64,000 nucleotides of DNA, taken from the NCBI GenBank assembly GCA_011109175.1, contig RDEW01000046.1:347317-411316 (forward strand). Reading direction: 5' to 3'. The DNA comes from Dicyema japonicum. Lineage: Eukaryota; Animalia; Dicyemida. The notes under the pieces are model-generated. The model saw only the letters and a program-made list of their open reading frames with translations. It was not told the origin of the DNA and did not search any database. A program made the position numbers and the translations under genes. Shown in pieces: positions 37,960 to 49,949 of the stretch; positions within the stretch are counted from its first letter, which is position 1; each line of letters starts with the position of its first letter.

Positions 37960-39063
37960 TTATTAACCCAAGAACACCAATAGTTTATTTAATTACTAAA
38001 TTAATTAAGTGATCTCGAAGGCCTCAATCAGAATTCTCATTTTCTCCTCGTGCGCCTTCTGGGATCCAACACAACTTCTCTGTGGGCGAGGTGGTTTCGG
38101 GAATAGGAATTAGAGAGGGGTGATGTACACCCTTTTCATAAGACATGTGGTGACTGTGTATTGTTGTGAGTTGTACTGCTTGCACAGGGTAGCAAATCCT
38201 TTTCCATTTTGTCAGATAAGGTCTTCAAGTGATGAGGGTAATAGTTTTTCTAGTTTCCCGAGATTACTAATAGTAGTGGCTGTTAAGGCCTGAATGTCTC
38301 GGATTCTTTGTTTGTTCGTCCAGACAGATTGATTCCCCGTGACGTACAGGCATAGCTGACAGGCTCAATGAATTGTTTGTGCAACAATTTCAAAGCTGGG
38401 AAAGAGGTTTTAATGCCACCGAAAATAGTTTTGATTATCCCTAGCTTTCTTGAGCAGCTTCCAGAGACAGTGTCGACGTGAGATGAAAAGGACATGTGTG
38501 TGTCGAGGTGATCCCAAGATTTACAGTTTCTTCGTGAAAGGTATTTTTGTCTGGTTGATAAATATATCCACTGTCATTTGCCCAAGTCGTTTGTCTGAGG
38601 TAAATAAGGAAGAAGATTTTTCAGTAGATATATAAAGCCGGTTATAATTTAGCCAAATTTGAATCTTGTGAAGGTATTCTTGTAGTCTTTCTGATGCCTT
38701 TGGAATATCTTGGTCACGGGATGTGATTAATAAGTCATCAGCATATGATAGGATGAAATCGTCTTTATTATCGGGTTGCGGTAAATCGGACATGTATAAG
38801 TTAAATAAGGCGTGTGATAAAGGGGAACCTTGTGGGACACCATTGGGTAGTAATCTTGTAATTGATTTGGTCCCATCCATGTATACCCGGACCCTTCTTC
38901 CATTTATGAAGTTAGCAAGCCAAAGTTTTATATTGGGGTTGACGGGGAGAACAAACAATTTCCGGGTTAGGATTTTCCTTGAGACAGAGTCGAAGGCCTT
39001 TTGTAAATCGATCGAACAGACGACTGTTTTGAGGTGACAAGGATTTGTGTTAAAGCTTTCCAT
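37960..39063 (-). mobile_element. LINE RT to 3' end
   Basis: ORF 38521-39063: SIDLQKAFDSV, GVPQGSPLS, YADD. (TAA)n tail near 37960. Confidence 0.85.
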
Positions 39064-39507
39064 GATAATAGTTAATTTAAAAATTAATAAATTAAATCAA
39101 AAATTATAAGGTTAAAATAATTTTAACTTATAATTTTAAATTTTAACTTTTTAACTAATAATTTTGTTTAATATACATTTATTTATAATAAAATATAGTC
39201 AAAAATCATTTTAATGATTATTTATTAACTATTATTAAATTTTAACTTTTTTAACTTGGTTCGCCCTATTGATTACACTGCTATATAACTTGGAACACTC
39301 TCAAAAAGTTCCTTAATTAGGGTCATACAGGATTCTAACCACATCATTGTACATAGCACTGTCTTTGAGTATATGAGACTATAAAATCTTGGAAATAAAG
39401 CTAAGAAGGTTGCAAAGGGAGGATGGGATTGCCCAATGACTGTGTCTTCCACTTAATAAATAACCGTTGTTATCTATTAAGTTACCACGACTCCGTGAGA
39501 CTGTGCT

Positions 39508-40400
39508 GGATCGCAAATTTCCTAAATGGAAGAAGAGGAAGAGTAACTGCTGGAAAAACTAGATCAGTGACCAAGTTCCTTTCCAAATGGGGTCCCTCAA
39601 GGATCTCCACTTTCACCACACCTATTCAACTTATTCTTAATTGATATGCCCTCCCTTACCAGAGACGATACTCTGGTTCTGACATATGCGAATGATATAA
39701 TCGTCGCAGTTAAAAACCAGTGCGTTAATACTGCTGTTTACCGACTACAAGCTCCATTGAAAGATTTGAACTGTTGGCTCGTTAAGAACATTCTACATAC
39801 AAGTCCCGAAAAGTCTTATACAACAATTTTCACAACAAACAGAAGATTGACAAATTCCGCTCCGTGTGTAACCATAAATGGAAATTCAATCCCCACGACC
39901 AACTCGGTCAAGATACTGGGCGTGACTTACGACCCATTCTTGACCTTCAGCTAACACATCGACAACGTCATTTGTTCGACACAACGAAAGCTAAAGTTTG
40001 TTAAAACACTCCTTGGACAATATAAGGGTGTTTCAACTCAAATTTGGACTCGCTCTACGTGCAGTATATTCAACCGTCTCTAACTTACGGGTGTGCTGCA
40101 TGGGGAACCAACCTATCAAACAGGAATATAGAAAAAATCAATACCTTCCAAAGAATGGCCAGTAAGGTTTTGCAAAGGTGCTCTTAGACACCTCTAAACC
40201 CTACACCTTTTGAGGAATTAGTGAGGAAAACCGGAGCCTTACTACCCTCCAATAAAGTTAGAAACCCCCGCCCAATCCGGAAATGCGTTGGAACCCAGGG
40301 AGAACACCGAGTAAGAATGAGATGGCTACTCGAGGCGGCCGAAATCATTTGACGGCTATGCAGTTATTTAATTTGTCGGTGATTTTCGGTTTTTAATAAT
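39508..40400 (+). mobile_element. 5'-truncated LINE RT to 3' end
   Basis: WIANFLNGRRGRV, GVPQG, YANDII (YADD variant), KILGVTYD and an (AAT)n tail. Confidence 0.85.
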
Positions 40401-40849
40401 AATAATCGGTTATAAGAATAGCTCTAGATCTCAATCTCAGTGATTGTCATCTGATTATAGATAATAAAATAATTTTTGAATTGTGACAATGAATATAAAT
40501 TGAATTAAAACACAGAAAATATTCCCTTTGAAATTGTTTGATTTTCATGCAACTGCTTGAGTAAACAACTTTATCTATGTTTCATTTTATTCGATTTGGC
40601 TTCTCTCCAATGAATCATTATTGACCTCACCAGTAAAATTCTCATATATTGGCAATTAGATCGACAGTAAATATATTTCATCTCGGTTGACTTTAGTTAG
40701 TTAATTGCCGAAATGTTGAGTAGGTGGCCAAGTTTTGGTACACTGTGAAATAACTCTCCTGTCACCATCTTCTCAAGATGGAAAATCTCTATTCTTATGT
40801 ACTCGGGAGAAATCGAAACCCGAAGTTTTTATATAAGAAATAGGGGGAA

Positions 40850-43800
40850 CATAAAAATCATTTATTAGCACTTTTATCAAATCAGAAAACAGTAAATAAA
40901 TTTAGAAACCAATATATGAAATGAAGAAATAAAAAATTCAAAAAACCACGGTAAAACTAAACTAACTAATCAAGTGATCCAGACACGTTGCATCAATGAA
41001 CGTATTGCCAAAAAGAGGGAAGATTGAGTGAAATGAATAGTTTGCTTTCGAGGTCATCTTATCGCATAGAATTTACATTGCTGCTGAAGATATGAAATCG
41101 ATCTAACAGTGAATGATACGCAATATAGCCGAATGTATCAGAAATGATTGAAAAGTGGGAAGAGACAATTTATTCCAATTTTTGAGTCAAAAATAACAAA
41201 TTATTCACTAAAAAGACAAATCTCTATAGAATCTGAAAATAACACATCAAAAATAATAAATTTAGCAAAGCTCTAACAAAAAATCGTCAAAGCGATTACC
41301 ACCGTCAATTTAACTAAGCCCACCAAGTATCCTTGGTCTTACTGATAGTGAACTTAACTCCTCTTTTGTTGTAAAAATTAAAGTCTTTTCTGAAATCCCG
41401 CCTAACAATTTTCTTCCTCAAATCATCTCCAAGAATAGGCTCTAATCTTCCAATTAAATCGTAATATATTACTCTTGATCACATAAACAGGGACAACATG
41501 AAGTTTTGGTAGGATCGTCAAAAAAATAATTTGTCCCACCAAAGCAGGGATCGTATAAATACATGAAATGGCTATATCTATTAACTGATAGTTACCTACT
41601 ATTTTCCCCTTTTTATTACCCTAAAATAATATATTACAAATAAAAACCATTCGCCGGTTATTGGATATAATCGCGGGTATTTATATACGAATTTTTTCGG
41701 CATTTGAAATATAATATAAATCCAATAGTTAATTGTGCAACTAAAGCACGTGCAAATATTTTAGTAACTTTTGGTTTTTATAGCGAAATTTCTTGCTAAC
41801 AATCGATGGAGGTGGATGAAAGCGACATTTAAAATTGTGTTGGGACTGGGCTATAAGTACTATGGTCAACATAAAAGCCCTGAATAATAACCGAGCTGTA
41901 CTGATTCTAGAGACTATCAATCCATTTTCCATTCCTGGAAATAAATTAATATAAATTATTATTAAGATAAATTTTCTTTGATAGTTTTACATTCCTATTA
42001 ATTTTCAAACAATAAAGTTTCCGAAAAAATTATTTAAAAAATATTATTCATGCAGAAATTTAAGTCACACATCTTTGAATTATCTTTGATAACTGTCAAT
42101 TACTAGTTTTAAAAATTATCAAAATTTTACATTATGTGACATTCAACATAATCAAATACTCGGTTTTTATTAAAAAAATGTAATTTTGTTTGAGAAATAA
42201 TCTTGAAAAAACGAAAACATAAAAATCATTTATTAGCACTTTTATCAAATCAGAAAACAGTAAATAAATTTAGTAACCAATATATAAAATAAAGAAATAA
42301 AAACGAGTGATTTAGTATAAAAGGATAAAACACTTTATTAGGCTAAAAATAGTAAGTAATTAGGGAAGAACTAATTAACGCCCCTTTCACCGCCTTGTGG
42401 CAGCGTTTTCGTGGCTTCTCTGTCTTCTTCCCCGTGCCTCCTTCTTTAATTTAATTTCAAGATCTTTTTAATAACTTCCTCCGGGTCCTTAAAGTCAGGG
42501 TATTCTTTTTCCAGCAGCGGCGCTCTATAAGACATTCCAAGAGAATACCGTATTGCCCGCCGCCGAACCTTCCTAAGTTGGTGAGGGTCTTATCGCGTTC
42601 TTCACTGCGATAATAAGAGTGTGCACCATAAGTGAGCATAGGCAGCACCATGGCGTTGAACACTTTGGCCCAGGCATCGCGGCTCAGCTGAAAAGCCCTC
42701 AATGCTCCTAGTCTTTGCACAGCCCGCCTCTTAACGAGGGCGGTGTGCTCCTGGAAACTACACTTGAAGTAGAACGTCACTCCAAGGTAGCTCGTCCGCC
42801 CAGTGACCTCTATAGGTACCCCATAGATGGTCACTCTAGGTATTAAATTATTAGACCGCTTAGGGCGGCCAAAAACTAACAACCTGTATTTCTCGGGCCT
42901 CAGCCTGAGTCCTCTGCTCCCACACCAGCGTATGATTTTATCGACAGCGACTTAAATCCTCCGACACGCTACATCTGGTTTCCACGAGTGATCCCAGAGT
43001 ACTATGTCGTCCGCATAGACAGCCATCTCCGTCATCACATTGGCTGGGTGAGGGAGGGTAGACAGTAATGTTAAAAGAGTTGGACTCAGAACCGACCCTT
43101 GTGGAACTTCCCGGTTAGATCTAAACAAACTAGATCGGCAACATTTATGCCTTACGTAGTTCATCCGATCCTCTAAGAAGCTTGATAACCAGCTCCTTAG
43201 TTTCAGGGAATTCCTCCTTCGACAGGGCCCATCGGAGGCCGTCATGCCAGACCGAGTCGAACGCCCTCTCCACATCCAGGAACAGCGGCTGTGCACTCGT
43301 TCGGGCTCCTTTCACGAATCTGAGAGCTCAACCTCCAGAGGGAGTCCCGACAGGAACGCCCCTCACGGAATCCCATCTGAAAGTCCGAGAGGGTGTCTCT
43401 TATTATGTATTCCTGGGTTAACCTCTGGTGTATCACTCTCTTTAAGATTTTAGCAACGGCAGGCAACAGGCTTATAGAGTGGTAGCTACTAGGGTCCTCA
43501 GGAGGTTTTCCTGGTTTCTTTACAAAAACCAGTTCCGCTTCCTTCCAACGCCTAGAACGTAACCCAACCTGAAGCTACCGTTGTACAACCTTACCAAGGT
43601 CGCTAGAAGACCTGCAGGTCTTTTCTTGAAAAGGGCCATGGGAATCTTGTCCTTGCCCGGTGCGTTGTTCTTCGATTTTCTTATCGCGGCCCGGACCTCC
43701 TCCTTAGTTATATACGTCATATTCGGGTCCCCCCGAAGTGGCTCAACTTGCGCTCTCCGTAGAGATGACGTCCTCAATTCTTTGGCGAGCAGACCTTTCG

Positions 43801-44872
43801 ACGAATTTGTTCGGTCGAACTGCAGTGACTGCCCACAAAGCTACCTGCAAAGATGCTCGCAATTTCATCTGGGTCCGAGGTTTTAGAACCATCCGCACGA
43901 CACAGGGTACGCGCAGACGACTTTTCCCCTCTGCCCGACAGACGCTTCAGTTGACTCCAGAAGTCCGGCCATGCGGGGTTCACCCTCTCGCAGGCCCTCC
44001 TCAATTTGTCACTTCGGAAGTCAAAGAGCGATATCCTGATTTCCATTCTCAGCGATTTCCTCCTTTCCTTTCTCAGGTTTACCTTCTTCTGGTAGTAGAT
44101 CCGGTTTTCCACGTATGCGCACCTCGCTCGGAATCTCAGGAACCTCTTTCTAAGTATTATTTTACTCAAAATCAGGCCTGGAATCCGCGCGAAGCCTTCA
44201 CCATGCGGACGTAACCGGAAGTTAGTCCGCATGTATTCCTCAAGTACACCACACAGGGTGGCATTTAATTCTTAACGTCTGCTTCACTGCAAACTTGCCC
44301 TTTGAGAGAAGGGAGTTTACTATCTATGAACGACTCTAGGTGATCCCAAGTGCCAGAGCCCAAGTCATAGCCAATTGGGGCCTGAGATCGAACAGGTTCG
44401 TAAAGCTCGGTGAGTAGGGGACGGTGATAGCTTCCGATGTCTCTAAGAACACGAGGTACGGAGAGCATACCAATTAACGATGGAGAGGCTACGGTCATTC
44501 CCAGGTAGTCCTCTCCTCCTCTTGTATCCTTGTGGTTGGGGTCTGTTGATGTAGTAACCGAAAGCCCAAGATCCCCCGCTAGGTTCCGCAGTGCTGATCC
44601 CGCTCTATTATTAGTAACGCATCCAAAATCCGAATGATTAGCATTCAGATCGCCAAAAAGAACACAATGGGGATATATGTTTTAATGTGGTGCTTACACA
44701 ACCACAGCTGCTTGGCATACATTGCCCCTATAACTAAAGTAAAACTAGGAAGCCTAACACGTAAAAAAGCATACAAATCATTTATTAGCATTTTTATCAA
44801 ATCAGAAAACAGTAAATAAATTTAGAAACCAATATATGAAATGAAGAAATAAAAACAAGTGATGTAGTATAA
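40850..44872 (+). repeat. Dispersed 85-105-bp AT-rich repeat, three copies (40850-40935, 42218-42320, 44770-44872)
   Basis: CATAAAAATCATTTATTAGCACTTTTATCAAATCAGAAAACAGTAAATAAATTTAGAAACCAATATATGAAATGAAGAAATAAAAA, nearly identical in all three. Confidence 0.85.
42350..44620 (-). mobile_element. GC-richer LINE (APE end, RT, C-terminus), Jockey/I-like, frameshifted
   Basis: IGSYHRPLL, NNAPGKDKI, QMGFREGRSC, EVPQGSVLSP, VYADDIVLW, SYLGVTF. Confidence 0.85.
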
Positions 44873-45399
44873 AGCAAAGAACTGCCTTTATAGGACCGAC
44901 CTTTGATAATTAACAGAGACACTTTTAATACGATGTCTTTGATCCTTGTAGAATAGAACTGCCTTTTTACTGTAATATAAGACCGATTTTTGATAGCTCA
45001 CAGGACGGAACAGAAAAATTTATTAATAATCAAACTCAAAAGTAGTTAAAGTTAGTTAAATACCAAAATTACTAATTAATGAGTTTGATGTGGATGTCGG
45101 GGTCAAACTAATATTATTTATTTAAAACCAAAAATCACCGACCAAATAATTGTTCCTCCGAGAGCCGACACACTTTCTGTATGGATGAATCACTTTTCAG
45201 AAATTTTGAGGTTTCAACGGGGCTCCAGTTCTCCTCACAAGTTCCTCGTACGAGGTTGGCTTTAGTGGCGAGGAGAACTTTAGGGCCCTCGTTAATATTT
45301 TTTGGATAGAGTTTTTTTTTTATTGGACATTAAGAAAATAAGACTAATTAGTCTGTATTATTTCCCCCTTGATCTTGACATTCCTATCTTCAAGATCAT

Positions 45400-46960
45400 A
45401 AGAACGATTGTCCTCTTCTATGGTGATATGTCTAAACTCATCAAAAATTGAATAACAACAGAAATGGCATTTCCACATTCTTTTAAAAATTCATATGAAT
45501 AAAATCCTAACCAGAAACTTTGTTTACGCATCCTACATTGCCAACGTCATTTCACTGAAAGAATCGTTCAGACCAAAGTACTTTCACTGAAAAGATTCTT
45601 TCAATCACAAAATTTGTTCTGCATTTCCAAGTGAAATGATCGGAATTTCTTGAATTTCTGAGACCTGTTCTCGTAGTGGTACTACAAGCTCCAGTTTATT
45701 GAGGATTTTGATACGAGACTTTTAGAACTTATCTTTTATTGACTCTTTTGAGGTTGTCTATACAAACTAATCTACACTAACTGGGTCCTCACCAACTTTG
45801 GAATGTCTTTTCGATTGACAGTATATACCAGCATGTCCATACATCAGACTTGTTTTTTGTCTTTCAGGACTTTCATTTTTGGTAGCAACTTTTAACAGAT
45901 TCTTTATGTTTATTTTGTCTTTCTCTTGATTTTCTGGCTTTCGATCGTAGTTTGACAACCCCCATAATTCTCTCAGTGGTCTTCAGAACCACAGTTCACA
46001 CACTTTCATTTAGCTCCACGGACTTTAAATTTGTTATATTATGAGGACCTTAGCATATTAAACCCTTCCCTGAATCTTACACAGTCGAGCTGTGTACCAA
46101 AGTCGTGACATCTGTAGTACTGGATTTCAGTATTGATTTTTTAAAGTCGATTTTTAAGTCTAATCTAATAGATTTGGCTTTTCCTTTGTCAGACATTACC
46201 GCTTTGACTACAAATAATCTGACCCTTCTTTCAAAACGTTGAGAGTTAGTTTGCCAAAAATATCCCGTAAGATAATTTAAGGACAAAATATTTTTTATCG
46301 CCTCATAAACAAAATATTCTAACTAAAGTCAGATACACAAGTGTACTTCTAAGCCAAAAATTATAGGAGATTTTGAAATAAATCACTAAATAGAATATTC
46401 GTTTCAGAGAATACTAGTTGGAAATAAAACGAATGGAACATCTAGTTAGATTGGATAAGAGCAATTATCTTCCTTTTCGTGAGCATGGACAAGGTGACGG
46501 ATTAAGGAGACACTAGAAACCTGAAGTTCTGAACAAAGGAGTTGTCAGATTCATGAAGTATTCGGATTCACTTTTTGTCGGCCTAAAATTGATTATCGGA
46601 GAATCATCTGTCAGATATGATAGTTAACATAAATCTATTAATGTTAATATTAATGTGGTTAAAGACATAGGTGGTTAGTTCTACCATAAGCATATAAATA
46701 CTTTGGTTCTTCTTCACACTCTTCCGTAGTTCATCGAGGTCGTCAGTTTTCTCAAGATTCCAGCATTTTAATGTCCTCAGCATTTTCCAGAAGCAAGCTC
46801 AGTTTTTGTCTTTGTTATGTTTCAATGACCATTTATCCAAAATATCTGCGACTTTATCCACAACTGAATAGTAACTCCATGTCGTCAGACAAAATCTATA
46901 TCGTCCGCATTAATATAAATGTCTTTTGGATTGCGGATTATGAAGTTTCGGTTTATTGAA
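45400..46960 (-). mobile_element. Degenerate RTE-like LINE remnant
   Basis: INADDIDFV and DKVADILDKWSLKHNKDK parallel the intact RTE (YADDLDFV...KWFLTVNTDKTE). Confidence 0.55.
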
Positions 46961-47084
46961 TCCTGTTTGTGTGGAATCTACGTAAAATTTCGATGAATAT
47001 CAAAAAATTCGGATAATTTAAATTTTTGAATTATTGAAATTCGGATCAATTGGGGTTTACTGTATTTTATTTTTAAATTATTAA

Positions 47085-47296
47085 TTGGAGACCGCTACCG
47101 TTTTGTACCGGTAGCAATCGAGACGTCTGGTGCGGCTGGAAATATTACAGCCTCTTTCCTAAAGGAAATCGGGGAAAATTGGCCCACCGCAAAAAAGACG
47201 TTAGGGAAGCGGTCTGGCTGAGGCAAAGAATTGGTATGGCGATTGTTCGCGGAAACGCTTACTCCGTGATGTCAGCAGCCGCTCTCCCCCATAGTT
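47085..47296 (+). mobile_element. CRE-like RLE C-terminal fragment (copy E)
   Basis: YRFVPVAIETSGAAGNITASFLKEIG...KDVREAVWLRQRIGMAIVRGNAYSV*, followed by an A-rich tail. Confidence 0.83.
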
Positions 47297-47389
47297 AATA
47301 AATAATATTTTATTGTTAATAAATTTTTGATAAAAAAAAAAAATTATTAAAAAAATTAATTTAAAAAATTTATTTATTTTTTTATTTTT

Positions 47390-47935
47390 ATTAAACGAAA
47401 AAACCACCGTCATTTCCAAAATAACAGAATTCAGATGATCCCAGCCTCTCCCTCAACAGTCTCCGCATCTTTTCTCGGTGTTCCGACTGCGTTCCTACGC
47501 ATTTCCGATATGGACGGATTTTCTAGGTTTCTTGACAGAATTTCCACTCGGGAATATTTCCTTAGTAGGTTTGCTCCTTCACTCGAATGCTGCCTATCTT
47601 GTCCAAATTCGTTGCAGAAAGTTAGATCCCCAGATATTACATGCGTATCCTATTGTAGCCTCGATGAACTGTTTGTATGACCTCCAGACCACTCAGATCT
47701 TTTATGTCATTTAGGTTTCCCAAGAACGCCTTCAGGAAGTTGATTTTCCTCGTACAAGTCAATAACATATTCTCGACATGTTTTGTAAAAGTTAATGTGT
47801 CAATGGTAACTCCCAAGATTTTCTGGTATTTGTTTTTCGGGATAATCTTCCCATCCAGTGTGACGTCAATTGATACTTTCCCTAGTTTTCTGTTTGTCGT
47901 GAATAGGATCAACCCCGACTTCTCCGGCTAGCAGT
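47390..47935 (-). mobile_element. LINE 3' fragment
   Basis: QKILGVTID...FTKHVENM...RKINFLKA and an A-rich tail. Confidence 0.7.
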
Positions 47936-49011
47936 CAACTGATTTTCGAAAATTGCAATTGTTGGATAAAAAATTGAATAAATTAAAGAAATATAACTAA
48001 AATTAATTATCGAATTTTTATTAAATCATATTTAATTGCAATTGGTTGCCCTAGTTATAGTAGATAAGGTTTTTCGAACTGTAGCCTCAGATTCCTGAGT
48101 GGGGCCTGAACTTTACCAGATTTTGTACTGCCGTTGAAATGTTTACTGGGTGAGTCTTGAATATTTCGGTGAACATAAGGATTTTTACTAACTGAATCGG
48201 CGCCTTTTTTAGTAGTTTTCCACAAATATTGCCAAAGCCAGGTTTGTTATTATTCAAACGCCAGAGACCTTCCATAATTATTGAATCCGTGAAGGTGGTA
48301 ATATGTCACCCCGATTAAATTGTTTTTAAGAGTTCGACATTAAATAACGCCATGTTATACCAAAATTTCCTCTATTCGGTGAGAAAAGTCACAAAAATTA
48401 ATTAAAATCGGATAACTTATGGATTATCCTGCAGATTTTGCTTTAAATATCGCCTTTCCCAATCCTAAAATGCAGATCTAACTCGCTTCATATCATACTT
48501 GTCGAGAACAGAGATCCATAAAAACTCAAGAAAAGTTCCCCTGTGTATCCAATCAGTGCTGATGACTATGGTGAGGACATGGCAATTAATTTAAACTAGA
48601 GGCGGTTCTTCTTCTAAGAGAACTAGGGTCTCAAATTAGTTATAATTAGATGATTATTGATTAATTTATGCATTTTAACTCAATTTTTGAATTTCCACAT
48701 GTAAAACTTATTATTTGGAGAGACTATTGTGCACTCTCCTAAAAGTGACTGTTTGGAGTTTTGACAAATGCAAATTTGAACCTCTCCGGAGCCTATGGAC
48801 CTGTTCAGCCAGTAGACTATCTGGAGTTCATTATGTGTGAGATTAATAAATCGAATAATCCGGGATTATTATAATCCGTTGCCATGTATTAATGGACAAA
48901 AGAAATCGAAGAGTGTTTAGTCCACATAATTATTATTCCCGAATCAATACGTCAAATATTCCAGAATTTTAGAAAAAATCAATTTTAAAATTAGTAAATA
49001 TTTCCAAATTA

Positions 49012-49259
49012 TTACGAAGTGTTTGACCCAGTTGAACTTTTGGCCTCATCATTTTCCGTGTTACTGGCATTTGATACCTTAACTAATATTCTCATAAAGT
49101 CTTAACTTTGAGGGGTCTTAGGCTCTAAAATGTTAAGTAAATAATTTTACCAGTAGATGAAGGTTTATTTTCCTCGACAGCTTCCTCATTCGTTGTCTTT
49201 TTATTAAAAAGACTGCAAACCTTATTTGACTGGGATTTCTTTATGCACATATTCCCCAT
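49012..49259 (-). CDS. Small low-complexity protein with N-terminal myristoylation/palmitoylation-like motif (65 aa)
   Basis: Introns 49125-49150 (26 nt) and 49083-49106 (24 nt) splice in frame to MGNMCIKKSQSNKVCSLFNKKTTNEEAVEENKPSSTEPKTPQIKVSNASNTENDEAKSSTGSNTS*. Confidence 0.6.
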
Positions 49260-49949
49260 GATATTTAAGATAGAATTAATGTGAAAATTTTATTTGAATT
49301 ATACAGGTTTTCCAAAAATAATATAATTTTTATAAATATTATTAATTAAAATTTATTATTAAAATAATTAACTCTCACAAATTTTCAATAAATTTTTTTT
49401 TTCACTTGTCCGTCAATTCCTCATAGGTAATCTGTGCTGCATACAGCACTAGGGAGATGTCACCCAATAACCCTACTGGCTTACTTTTGGAATATTAGGA
49501 TATAAGCAGAGGTTTTCCTCCGGGAGAAATAATAGCTAGCTTACGTCCTCGACGATCTGTTTACTAAATATACTATTTAATGGTTATTCATAAACTCTAA
49601 ATTATCTACTCTTGCTAATTAATCCAGGGTTTTATAGATATCTTGCAAGTTCTATGCTTAAATTACTCAAAAACGTCAATTTTTCTTAAGATTTGACAAG
49701 TTTATTTACTCTTCAATAGGTATGTAGATAATTTCAAGAATATAAGTGGTTTCTTTAAAGCTTACGTACTTCTGAACAACCGAATAAATTCATCAATGCG
49801 TCAAAAAAGTCGTATTTTAGAGAGTTTTGGCAGATCGTTCTTGCACGATGTCACGCTTAAGTTACACAAAAAGCATTGGTGAGTGCCATTCATGATTACT
49901 TAAAAATTAACTGAGTTTGACTAATGTAACTAATTTATTAACCCAGCCA

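Noticed and set aside
39280-40400. Twin-priming inversion explaining the head-to-head LINEs at 37960-39063 and 39508-40400
   Set aside because: Both cover the same RT-to-3' region, each has its own tail, and they are visibly divergent, so independent insertions fit better.
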